A stretch of 64,000 nt of DNA from NCBI RefSeq assembly GCF_009914755.1, contig NC_060926.1. The stretch is one strand, 5' to 3'. The position numbers and the translations under genes were made by a program. The notes under the pieces were generated by a model. That model searched no databases, was not told the DNA's origin, and saw only the letters and a program-made list of their open reading frames with translations. Of this stretch, positions 14,005-28,222 are shown piece by piece. The stretch is from the human T2T-CHM13v2.0 reference genome, Homo sapiens. Positions within the stretch are counted from its first letter, which is position 1. The number at the start of each line of letters is the position of its first letter.

Positions 14005-14820
14005 GTTTGTTATGGTTTCATGGATGTTGGCAGAAGATATGAGACTCCTGGGTAAGTTACAAAGGGCTATATTATCTATATCATGGCAAGCAACATGCGC
14101 ATTGTCAGAGAGAGAAAAATTTTCCTCTATCCTCTTAATTTCTTTAAATGAGGGCCTGCAAGTTAATCTGACAAAAGACAGATTAACAGGAGGAAAAAGG
14201 GTTTTATTTGTATGCATATGGGAATTAACCAAAAAAGTAGCTAGCTTCATTAAGTGGTTAAAGTTAGAGGTGCATATACCTAACTTAAAGAAAAGGAGGG
14301 AGGAGAAAGGGCTTCCATGGTAAAAACAGATTGGTTTCTGGGCAACAAATTGGGAGATAAGAAAGCTGGTGATAAAGTTTGTTTATGTGGGTGCTAGTGG
14401 TCTTTTCCATCTTCTCCATGGCCATATAACTCCTGTGGAAAGAGTACTTATGGTAGATTTGCTCTTGGCCTTTTTTTCTGGTGGTAAGACCCACCCCGAA
14501 GAGGGAGTTTATGGTAGCCTCATTTCCTAGAAGTTGCTGCTTTTAGTCAGATAAGGGACATTCCAACAAGGCTTTCTGCATCTATTGAATCTCTAATGTT
14601 TTCAACTTAAAATAATCTTTATACCAACTCCAGGGTTCTGAGTGGGGCCCCACATCCTTGCTCTTTGTCCCAGAGGGAGACATTGCCTCATCCCTGAAGG
14701 CTGCTTGCTTCAGACATAGCCCTGAGAAATGGCCCTGGTAAAGATTAGTCAAGGCCTTGAATTCTTGGTACACCCAGCAAAACATGTAGGAGCACAAGAG
14801 ACACACATAACTAAGAACCC
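14005..14820 (-). mobile_element. ERVL-type LTR (MER74/MER73-like) interrupted by an ERV1 LTR (MER34/MER39-like, about 14103-14653)
   Basis: ccctgagaaatggccctggtaaag...gaattcttggtacacccagcaa; the inner LTR is homologous to 53843-54413. Confidence 0.6.
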
Positions 14821-15520
14821 GTGAGTAAATTGGTTTCCTGGGCCATATGCTGCCTTGGGTTGGGGAAGAGAAAAAGGAGTGGAAAAGGAGGTGAGAGAAG
14901 TAGGGTAATTGAAAGCCCTGTTGCTGAAGGCCTTGTATGGGTGACATGCTACGGCATTTGATCTTTACCCTGTATATCAATCTCCAGCACAAATTTGAAT
15001 TGCTGCATTCCTAACAACAAACGCTTTTTGTCATTTAATGCCAACATATGTATGTTTATTTATAAATCATATACCTACACCACTACATTAATCTATCATG
15101 TACACTTTAAAACATACATAAAAGTATATTTAAGAAAGGTAAGTTAAAATGCATAAATATATATTAAATATTAGGTGTAATATTTTCTTGGTGATTATAA
15201 CCTAATTTGGGGACCATTGCAGTTTAGCATAGATAATCTTTGGAAATGTATTCATGACATCACAATTTATTTTCTATGACCCACTTACCAGTAATTGGGG
15301 TTTCTTACCAAAAATTGCTACAGTGAACACCCTAGAGCAGCTATTCTTGTTTAACTATGTCCATAGAAGACATTTTTTTGTTATAGAAATGTTCAGTCAA
15401 ATGGTATGTGCTTTTTACATTTTGGTAAATAATCTTAAATGGCCCTACAAAAAAGCTGCACTAATTTACTTTCCAAATTATAGTCTATAAAGACCCCTTT
15501 TTCCACTCTCTCCAAGACTA

Positions 15521-16897
<1,377 letters not shown>

Positions 16898-17119
16898 TAA
16901 TCAAATGTATCAGTGACTTTTCTGTAGGTACTTATGTCTGGAGTGGCATGAGGTGGATGTCTCAGCATCCATAGCCTTGAATGACAGATTAGGAGTCAGT
17001 GTGGACAAAGTAACAAAGTAGACTTTATTGTTTGTGGTGTGGGGATGGGGCAAAACAAAGACCAGCAACAGGGAGGCAAGGTAGGAAGCTCTTAGGATAG
17101 CCAGGTAGTTAGATCACAT

Positions 17120-17310
17120 GGTGAATATGAGTATGGGCTCTGAAGTCAGACTCTGGGGTGCAAATCCCAAGAGTAATATTTATAGAGTGACTTTGGGAAG
17201 TGGGGCAGGTGACTGACCTTCCTGTGCCTCAGTTTCTTCATGTAGAAATTATTAGTATTTCATTGAAAGCTTAAATGAGATAAGATATCATGGTGCCTGG
17301 CATGCAGCGA
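17120..17310 (+). mobile_element. MIR
   Basis: ggctctgaagtcagact...cctgtgcctcagtttcttcat. Confidence 0.65.
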
Positions 17311-17649
17311 TTGCTTTCTAGAAAAATAAAGGGAACTTGAGCTAGGTTGTAGGAGAAATGGAAAGGAATAGACACACTGAAAGATAGAGTCCTTAGGACT
17401 GGGAGACTACTCGAATGTAGATAAGGGAGACTGAGATGAGTGAACAGCACCTTTCTGTGATTAAAATCAGGACCATATTAATGAAAGCAACAACCAAACA
17501 CAGTGACCCTGTGGTACAGAGGTTCAACAAAGAGATCCTGGAACCAGACAGCTTGTCCAAATTCCATCTGTACACACCCTTACTAGCTTTCTAACATTGG
17601 ACAAATCAATGTCTTGATTTTGTTTTTTGGGGGTGGCAGGGGGGTGGTG

Positions 17650-18245
17650 TGGACAGAGTCTCACTGTGTCATCCAGGCTGGAGTGCAGTGGCAGGATCTT
17701 GGCTCACTGCAAGCTCTGCCTCCAGGGTCCAAGTGATCCTTGTGCCTCAGCCTCCCAAGTAACTGGGATTACACGTGTGGGCCACCACGTCCAATTAATT
17801 TTTATATTTAGTAGAGACAGGGTTTTGCCATGCCGGCCAGGCTTGTCTAGAACTCCTGACCTCAAGCGATCCACCTGCCTCAGCCTCCCAAAGTGCTGTG
17901 ATTACAGGCATGAGCTGCCGCGCCCGGCCGTAATCAATAAATGTCTCTCTACCTTGGCTTCTTCACCTGAAAGTGACGAATAATTATGTCTATCTCATAT
18001 GAAAAAACGAAAAGTGAAGAAATACATGCAAAGCACCCAGACCACTATCTGGCATAGAGTAGGTACTTTAAAATATTAGCTGTTATTTGGGTACGGACCT
18101 GTAGTCTCAGCTACTCGGGAGGCTGAGGCAGGAGGAATGCTTGAGCCTAAGAGTTCAAGGTTGTAGTGCGCTATGATTATGTCTGTGAATAGCCATTGCA
18201 TTCTAGCCTGGACCGCATAGGGGGACCCCATCTCTGTAAAAAAAA
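17650..18245. mobile_element. Alu (-, about 17650-17929) and Alu monomer (+, about 18090-18245, TSD attagctgttatt)
   Basis: Alu motifs; flanking direct repeat. Confidence 0.8.
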
Positions 18246-19307
18246 TTAGCTGTTATTATTAATCTTTTTTTTTGTGCTATAACAGGTCCTTTTTTACTCT
18301 CATCTTATTTTAGTTTTCTGAGATCCTTGTTTCTTTCAGTATGCATCCACCTATTGCCAAAATGCTATTCTTGTTTTCACTGGGTCCTAAATTTGGGGGC
18401 TTTCTTAAGCCTGCCCTTCTATATTCTAGATCTTTCTTATTCTCTGCTAAGCTAATAATATTCTATGTTATTAATAGGCATTGATAGCTTCAATTTATCC
18501 CTCCCAGATGACATTTGCATTTTAACAAGAATTTTCAAGGCCTTGACTCAAAGGAGTGAGTAATGTGGTTATTTTAGGTATCCTGGCAGAGGGAAATAGT
18601 CCTTGGGCTGGGAGAGCTTTCCTAAACTCTAAATTTATATCACACCAGCAGCTGCCTACTCTGCTCACTCAGAATATAATGTGAGGGCTGTATTGGTGGT
18701 CAGGGAATAAATTAAATCAATTAACTAATATTTTTATCACCAGGAACTGTATTAGGTAGTGTGGGGAAGAAAATGAAGATTAATAATCTTTGTTTCAAGA
18801 AATACACAATCTTAGTTGAAGAAATCAAGAGGTATAAACATTTTTTAAAAATCTATTCTCATGGCCAAGGTCAAGACAGACCTGAGAAGGTAGCCTACTG
18901 GTCAGTATACTGGTGTGAGGTCCAGGGGGCCAGATCAAACCAGGGGGAAGATTACCTAGAAAGCTGTTCATAAGATTACATCACCACAGAGCTGAAGCAA
19001 GAGCAACTGCTTAGAAATGGAGCAGGCTCTGCAGTCAGAGCACACTGAAGAGGGAGATCCTGCACTGTTACGCATCAGATGCAGGGGCTGCATGAAGAAT
19101 TAACAGAAACTGAGAGCCTGGTGCAGGGCAGGTGAAAGGCAGGGGGAATCCATGTAACCTGGAGGAGGATTTCTTTCAAATGAATTCTAATATGTCTTGC
19201 TTAGGTGGGGATGGGCTTCTTAAAGGAATCAAATTGGGATGAACAAATCACAAGATCTGTTTCCTCATTTGTGAAATGAGGAAGGATGAAATACATCAGC
19301 ACTAAAG

Positions 19308-19900
19308 TGAAACTAAGGGCTAAGCTGATTAAGCCCAGCAACACTAACCTGCTTTGCTTGCTTTTAATCCCTTACTTCTAGTTGATCTTAAAACTCCCAC
19401 TAGCTTCCTTACAGATAACATCTCTGACTGTGGGTCATTATAGTAACGGGTGTTTAACGTTGTTTTTCAGGAACTATGGGGCAGCTCTTGTTCAGTTGAA
19501 GCTGGTTGAGACCACTGACCCTTCAGCTGGGCCTGTGCAGGTGCCTATAGAGTGACATTTTGATGTCAGAGGGCCAAAACTTTCACCTCAGATCAATATA
19601 ATGCCACCATTTTCTGCACATGTATCCTGTGAAAAGCATGTAGCTCAATTACATTTGCACAGAAACCCCAATTACCTCACCTTTACTACCTGTCAATCAC
19701 CTTTACCCATACATTGGACTACCCAGATTTCTATCCCATAAGAACCCTCAAGCCCTATTTTTGGGGAAGTAGATTTGAGACCTCTTTTCCTGCCTCCTTG
19801 CTTAGCTGCCTTGTAAATAAACTCTTTCTCTTTTGCAAAACTCTTCTTCTCAGTGATTGACTTGCTGTGCATGGGCAGAACAAACCTGGCTGATAACCAA
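19308..19900 (+). mobile_element. ERV1 solo LTR (MER67-like)
   Basis: TGAAAC start; tgatgtcagagggccaaaac motif; AATAAA followed by U5-like sequence. Confidence 0.55.
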
Positions 19901-20774
19901 GTTTCTCCCAGCTCTAGGGACCTATAAGTCAGTCATCCTAAAACCAGACAAGAAGGCAGTAATGAATAGCATTTAAATAAGCCATATAGACCCATGGTTT
20001 ATGATTTGGTTTCCCAAACCATAGTCCACCAGGATTCTTTCATGCACCTGCTGTGAAATCTTTTAATGTTCTTACACTGTCACTTGAATCTGTTAAGAAA
20101 ATTAGATATTTTAGTTTTCCAAAACATAAGTTGTCTATTTTACAATTTCTTGCAAGGCAGGAGGAAGGAAAAAAAACAAATTTAGCCCAGTGCAATGATT
20201 TAAATCATCTTTTGGGTCTTTGGTCTTTCAGTTTTTACCCTTCTTCTCCTCCCCTATGATCATCTAAATGGATGCAGAAAGAGCATTTGACAAAATATGT
20301 CTCTTCGTGTATTTGCTTATATAACCTTGTAGCATCGAGAGGAGGGGAGTCCTTGGTTCATACAGTGCCTTCTGGCTCCTTACTGTACCTCGTTCATGCC
20401 AGGCCTGAAAGCATTCAAAGCTAAAGCTATTGCCTAGTGTGATTTGACATTGTGTAAACTCCTTGAGATTTGGTTATGACTTCCATTTACCCCGGCCCAA
20501 GAACCCTCCTCCCCATACAGCTTCTTCCCTGACTAGCACTTTCTCTTGTAACCACCAGCCAAGCCTTCAACTATAACTGAATCTCATCCAGGTCACATTT
20601 CCCAAACTATGCTCACCACTTGATTTACTTTGAGGAGCTTGTGTCCCTGATGGATGGTGGGCAATTGACCAGGTGGTGGCATTCCAGATGTTCAGCATGA
20701 AGCAGAACAAAAGCTTCCTTCTTGCTCACGAAGGTCCCCAACCTATCTGTGTTTCTATGTTTCCCTAGCTTCTT

Positions 20775-21135
20775 CATCCATTCAATGAATATACACTGAG
20801 AACCTACCATGTGCTAGGCTCTCTGCTAGGTGATGGTGACATAATGGTGAACAAGACAGATAGTGTCCTTGCCCTCATGGAGTGTATAGCATAATGGGGG
20901 AAACACATGATAAAGAGGTCAGCAAACAAGTTCATGCGTACAAATTTTTAAGTGCTTTGGAATATACAAATAGGATTCTGTGGTTGAAAATAATAAAGGA
21001 GACCTATTTTAGAAGTGGTTTGGTGAAGGTTTTTCTGAGAAGACACTTGATTTGAGAAGGAGGAGAGGCAGCCAACTACGTGAAGAGGTGAAGAGTAATT
21101 CAGACTTAAAGACAAGCAAGTGCAAAGGTCCTAGA
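20775..21135 (-). mobile_element. L2 3' fragment
   Basis: cattcaatgaatatacactgagaacctaccatgtgctaggc...gccctcatggag. Confidence 0.75.
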
Positions 21136-21270
21136 TGGGAAAAAGTCTCCAGATGGATTGGAAAAGGATCGATAGATGTAAGATTTTCCTCCCATTCTCA
21201 TAAGCAAATGACATAATCTTCAGGTATGACTAAGACTACTACATAGTCATGCTGAGTATTAAATAAGACC

Positions 21271-21498
21271 CAGGCTGGGGTCAAGCAAGTGAGGCACTCA
21301 TCCTGAATCCAAAATATAAGGGAGCACGAAAAAACTCATTACTCAAAAGAAATCGTACTTTAATGCAGTATTTTAAAAATAAAAATGAATGCAAACATCC
21401 AATGACAAACAAAGCATCAAATTTTAAAATAAAAATAGGATCAGTATCACTGACTTTTCTTTTTGTCACAGGCTCCAGTATGGCTTAGCATAGTACTG
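21271..21498 (-). mobile_element. MER96B-like hAT element
   Basis: aagtgaggcactc...ggatcagtatcactgacttttc...ggctccagtatggct. Confidence 0.65.
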
Positions 21499-21499
21499 A

Positions 21500-23910
21500 T
21501 ATTAAGGATTACTATCATCTGTGGATGAAGATAATTTGACTTCTTGCTTTCCAATTTAGATGCTTTTTATTTCTTTTTCTTGCTTAATTACTATGGCTAG
21601 AACTTCCAGTACTAGATGTATTCCTCCTGTCTAACTGAAACATTATATCCTTTGACCAACACCTCCCTTTCCTCTGGCACCCCTCCCCTCAGCCTCTGGC
21701 AACCACCATTCTACTCTCTGCTCCTATGAGTTAAACTCTTTTAGATTCCACATATAAGTGAGATCATGGAGTATTTGTCTATGCTTGGCTTATTTCACTT
21801 AGCCTAAGCCAGGTTCATCTATATTGTAGCAAATGACAAGATTTCCTTCTCTTTTAAAGTCTGAATAGTATTCTATCATATATGCACACACATATACATA
21901 CATACACACATATATGTACACACATATATGTACATATGCATACATACACATGTGTACATATACATATATACACATGTACATATACATATATGTACGTATA
22001 CATATATATGTGCGCATATACGTATATACACATATATGCACATATACATATATACATATATGTACATATACATGTATACGTATACATGTACATGTACATA
22101 TACATGTATACGTATACATGTACATGTACATATACATGTATACGTATACATGTACATGTACATATACATGTATACGTATATATGTACATGTACATATACA
22201 TGTATACGTATATATGTACATGTACATATACATATATAGGCATACACACACACAAACACACACATACCCAACATATTTTCGTGACCCATTCATCTGTTGA
22301 CAAACAACAGTTGTTTCTATATTTTGGCTATTGTAAAGAATAAATGCTGCAATGAAGATGGCAGTGCAGATAACTGTATGAGATGAGGCTTTTGTTTGCC
22401 TTGGATGTATTATATTTCCCTAACTTGGATTGACGAACCATATGGTAATTCTATTTTTAATTTCTTCTTTTTTTTTGAGACAGAGTCTCACTCTGTTGCC
22501 CAGGTTGGAGTGCAGTGGTGACATCTCAGCTCACTGCAACTTCCGCCTCCCAGGTTCAAGTGATTCTCTTGGCTCAGCCTCCTGAGTAGCTGGGATTACA
22601 GGCGCCTGCCACCATGCCTGGCTAATTTTTGTATTTTTAGTAGAGATGGGGTTTCACCATGTTGCCCAGGCTGGCCTCAAACTCCTGACCTCAAGAAACC
22701 TGCCCTCCTCATCTTCCCAAAGTGCTGGGATTACAGGCCACTGGGCCTGGCTTCTATTTTTTATTTTTTTGAGAAAACTCCATTCTGTTTTCCATAATGG
22801 CTATACTAATTTACATTCCCATTAACAGTGTACAAGGGTTCCTTTCCCTCCACATCCTCACCAACACTTGTTATCTTTTGTCTTTTTGATCATAGCCATT
22901 CTAACAGGTGTGAGACGATATCTCATTGTGATTTTAATTTGCATTTCCCTCATGACTTATGATGTTAAGCATTTTCTTCAAATACATTTGGCAATTTTTA
23001 TGTCTTATTTTGAGAAATGTCTATTAAGGTCCTTTGCCCATTTCAAAATTGGGTTTTATTTATTTATTTGCTGTTGAGTTGTTTGAGTTCCTTATATATT
23101 TCGGATATTAACCCCTTATCAAATGTATGGCTTGCAAATACTTTCTCTCATTCTGTAGGTTGTCCCTTCATCTACTGATTGTATTCCTTGCTGTGTAGAA
23201 GACTTTAAGTGAAAATGTAATCCCATTTGTCTATTTTTTTCTTTTGTTGCTTCTTTTGTTGCCTGTCATTTTGGGGTCATATCCAAAAAAAAATCATTGC
23301 TCAGACCAATTTCAAGAAGCTTTCCCCCTATGTTTTCTTTTAGTAGTTTTACAGTTTCAGGTATTAAGTTTAAGTCCTTAATCCATTTTGACTTGATTCT
23401 TGTATAAGGTATGAGATATGGGTCCAGTTTCACTCTTCTGCATGCAGATATACAATTTTCCAACACCATTTATTCAAGAGCCTGTTCTTCCCCCATTGTG
23501 TGTTCCTAGCATCCTTGTTGAAGATCTGTTGACCATAAATGTATGGATTTATTTCTGGGCTCTCTCTTCTGTTCTGTTGGTTTTTATTTCTGTTTTTTGC
23601 ACCAGTACAATGTTGTTTTGATTACTGTAGCTATGTAGTATATTTCAAAATTACGTAGTGTGATGCCTGGAGTTTTGTTCTTGCTCGAGATTGATTTGGC
23701 TATTCAGGGTTTTTTTTGTGGTTCCATACAAATTTTTGAATTGTTTTATCTATTTTTGCAAAAAATGTCATTGGAATTTTAATAGGGATTGCATTAAATC
23801 TATAGGTTGCTCTGGGTAGCATGGACTTTTTAAGAATATTAATTCTTCCAATGCATGAACATGAGATATCTTTCCATTTATTTTTGTCTTCAATTTATTT
23901 CATCAATGTT
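21500..23910 (-). mobile_element. L1MA 3' UTR/ORF2 fragment, containing an RY repeat and an Alu (about 22465-22752)
   Basis: Minus-strand ORF2 peptides (KLDPYLIPYTRIKSKWIKDLN); L1MA 3' UTR motifs. Confidence 0.85.
21877..22265. repeat. Alternating purine-pyrimidine tract with 5 copies of a 32-bp palindromic unit (22067-22226)
   Basis: Unit TATACATGTATACGTATACATGTACATGTACA. Confidence 0.95.
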
Positions 23911-26900
23911 CAACTCTGTCAATTTTTACTTCATATGTTTTGGTGGTCTTAGTTATGTAGCTGTTTATAATTGTTATCTTTTGCTGTATCGAACCTTTTA
24001 TTATAATATCCTTCTTTGTCTCTTGTAAACTTTTTTTTATTTAAAGTCTATTTTGTATGTTATTAGCATAACCTCCATTGCCCTCCTCTGGTTACTATTT
24101 TCATGGAATATTATTTTCTATCCTTCCATTTTCAACCTGTTTGTGTCTTTGGATCTAAAATGAGTATCTTGTAGATAGCACATAGTTGGATCTTTTTTTA
24201 AGTGCATTCTTTCAATCTGTCTTTGGAGAGTATAATCCATTTACATTTAAAGTAATTACTGACGAGAAGGGTCTGACATCTATCAATTAGCTATTTGTTT
24301 TCCATTTGTCTTATACATTTTTGTTCCTCATATCTTCTTTTGTGTTTAGTTGACTGTTTGTAGTGAAGTGTTTAAATTTCTTTCTCTTTTTATTTTGTGT
24401 ATATTCTATAGCTATTTCCTTTTGGTTATCAAGGGTTACATTTAACATCTTCAAGGCATATCACTCAAATTTGAATATTCCAGTTTAACCCCAATAACAT
24501 ACAAAATTTTTGCTCCTTTATATCTGTATCCTTATTCTTTTTGTTGTTGATGTCACAAAATTATATCTTTATACATCGTATTATAAAAACACTTATAATA
24601 CATCGTATTATAAAAACACTTATAATACATCGTATTATAAAAACACTTATAATACATCGTATTATAAAAACACTTATAATACATCGTATTATAAAAACAC
24701 TTATAATACATCGTATTATAAAAACACTTATAATACATCGTATTATAAAAACACTTATAATACATCGTATTATAAAAACACTTATAATACATCGTATTAT
24801 AAAAACACTTATAATACATCGTATTATAAAAACACTTATAATACATCGTATTATAAAAACACTTATAATACATCGTATTATAAAAACACTTATAATACAT
24901 CGTATTATAAAAACACTTATAATACATCGTATTATAAAAACACTTATAATACATCGTATTATAAAAACACTTATAATACATCGTATTATAAAAACACTTA
25001 TAATACATCGTATTATAAAAACACTTATAATACATCGTATTATAAAAACACTTATAATACATCGTATTATAAAAACACTTATAATACATCGTATTATAAA
25101 AACACTTATAATACATCGTATTATAAAAACACTTATAATACATCGTATTATAAAAACACTTATAATACATCGTATTATAAAAACACATAATACATCGTAT
25201 TATATAAACAATTATAATACAATTATAATGCATTGTAATATAAAAAACAAATACTTTAAAAAATGCATGTCTTAAATTATGTAGAAAACAAAATGTGGAG
25301 TTTCAAACCAAAGTTACAATAATTACAGGTTTTAGATTAATAATTGCTTTTAAAATGTATTAATCTCTTAAGTCATACAGAAAACAAAAAGTGGAATTAC
25401 AAGCCATTGTTACAATAATACTAGCTTCTATAATGCTCACGTACTTACCTCAACTAAGACCTTTATTTCTTCATATGACTTCAAGTTACCATCTAGTGTC
25501 CCTTCATTTCATCCTGCAGGACTCCCTGGAGCATTTCTTGTAGGGCAGCTCTAGTGGTAATAAACTCCTTCTGTTTTTGTTTATCTGAAATGTCTTAATT
25601 TCTTCCTCACTTTTGAAGGACAGTTTTGCCAGATACAAGATTCTTGGTTGACAGGTTTTTTTCTTTCAGCACTTAAAATATATCATCCCACTTCTGCTGG
25701 CCTCCAGACTTTCTCATGAGAAATCTGCTGAAAATCTTATTGAGGATTCCTTGTGTATAACAAGTTGCTTCTCTCTTGCTGCTTTCTGTCTTTTTTTGGT
25801 TTTCAACAGTTTGATTGTAATGTGTCTCAATATGGGTCTCTTTGAGTTAATCCTACTTGGAGTTAGTTTACCTTCTTGAATGTTTATATTTATGTCTTTC
25901 ATTACTTTTGAGAAGTTCTTGGCCATTATTTTTCAAATAGCCTCTCTTCTCCTTCTCTCTGTTCTCCTTCTGTGACCCATGCAATGCATATATTGGTTAG
26001 CTTGATTATATCACACAGGTCCATTAGGCTCTGTTAATTTTTCCTCACTCTTATTTCTTTGTGTTACTCAAGTCAGTACTTTCCATTATCCTATCTTCAA
26101 GTTTGTTGAGTTTGTTGATCCTTTCTTCTGTCTGCTCAAATACTCAAATCTGCATTTGAATCTTTCTAGTGAATGTTTCATTTCAGTTATTGTACTCTTC
26201 AGTTCCAGAATTTCTTTGCAGTTTGTGTTTAGGTTTTCTATCACATTGTTGATATTTCCATTTTGTTTATATACCATTTTCTTGACTTTCTCCATGTCTT
26301 CCTTTACTTCTTTGAGCATCTTTAAGACAGTTGTTTTAAAGCCTTTGTCTAGTAGATCTGCCATCAGGTGTTTTCTAAGAACAGTTTCTGTCAGTTTAGT
26401 TTTTTCTTTTGAATGAGCCATGCATTCCTGTTTCTTTATATGCCTTGTGATTTTTTGTGGAAATCTGACATTTTAATCTAATGGTATGTTAACTCTAGAA
26501 ATCAGATTCTCTCCCTTCCTCAAAGTTTGCTGTTTTTTTTTTTATTTTGTTTTTGTTTGTTTGTTGAACACTATCTCTGTGCCAAGGATCAGACTGAAGC
26601 ATGAACTTAAGGGTATTCTTAGGCCCTTTCTGAGCCTGGGCTTTCCCTGAGCTTGTACAGTGATGTTCTAATGTCCCTCATACATCCAGCTGCTTTTGAA
26701 TGTGCTAGTCTTCAGTGCCTGGCTCCTAAAAAAAGGAAAAAAAGAAAAATAAAGTGGTGGTGGTGTTGTTAAAATGGCAGCCCCTTAAGTGCCCTGGAAG
26801 TCACTTCAGTCATGGGAGACAGGATTGCAATAATGCGGGGGGGAGGTGCAAAAACAATGGCCACCTGCCACTTTCTCTGCATCTCTGTGATCAGAAGCAG

Positions 26901-27250
26901 CAATCAGCAATTAGAGCACAGACTCATGATATTTGGAAGACATGATCCTTTTTGCTCATCCTGGCTTCTGCAGTTTACATGCAGGCTCTCCAGGACATGT
27001 ACACAGCTGTCTGCTGTGGGACTACATGGTGGGGGATGGGTAGCTGTTGCTGTTATAAGAGCTGAAATTGACCAAAATTAACCTCAATTTACCATCCGTG
27101 CCTTTTCCTAGAAGTTACAAGCCTTTAATAGATGCCAGAGTTCAAAAAATCTTATATCAGACAGATTTTGCCAGTGCAATTGTTACTAGTTGAGGAGACA
27201 GATTTATGGTGCTTCCTACTATGCTGTCTTCCCAGAATCTTCTCTCCTCT
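23911..27250 (-). mobile_element. Ancient L1 (L1MC/MD-type) 5' region with decayed ORF1
   Basis: ORF1-like peptides (TPSRINSKRPILRHITIKLLK, ILELKSTITEMKHSLE). Confidence 0.75.
24571..25216. repeat. 27-bp AT-rich minisatellite ATACATCGTATTATAAAAACACTTATA; 22 perfect copies plus 2 degenerate
   Basis: Exact 27-bp period 24571-25164; the last two units are variant. Confidence 0.98.
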
Positions 27251-27268
27251 TAAGAATTACTACAAATT

Positions 27269-28222
<954 letters not shown>

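Noticed and set aside
21799-22343. Six overlapping ORFs rich in Y/M/C/H/T
   Set aside because: Translation of an alternating RY microsatellite.
24510-25275. Three ORFs of 226-244 aa; CRISPR-like regularity
   Set aside because: The ORFs are stop-free translations of a 27-bp repeat. There are no spacers or cas genes, so it is not a CRISPR array.
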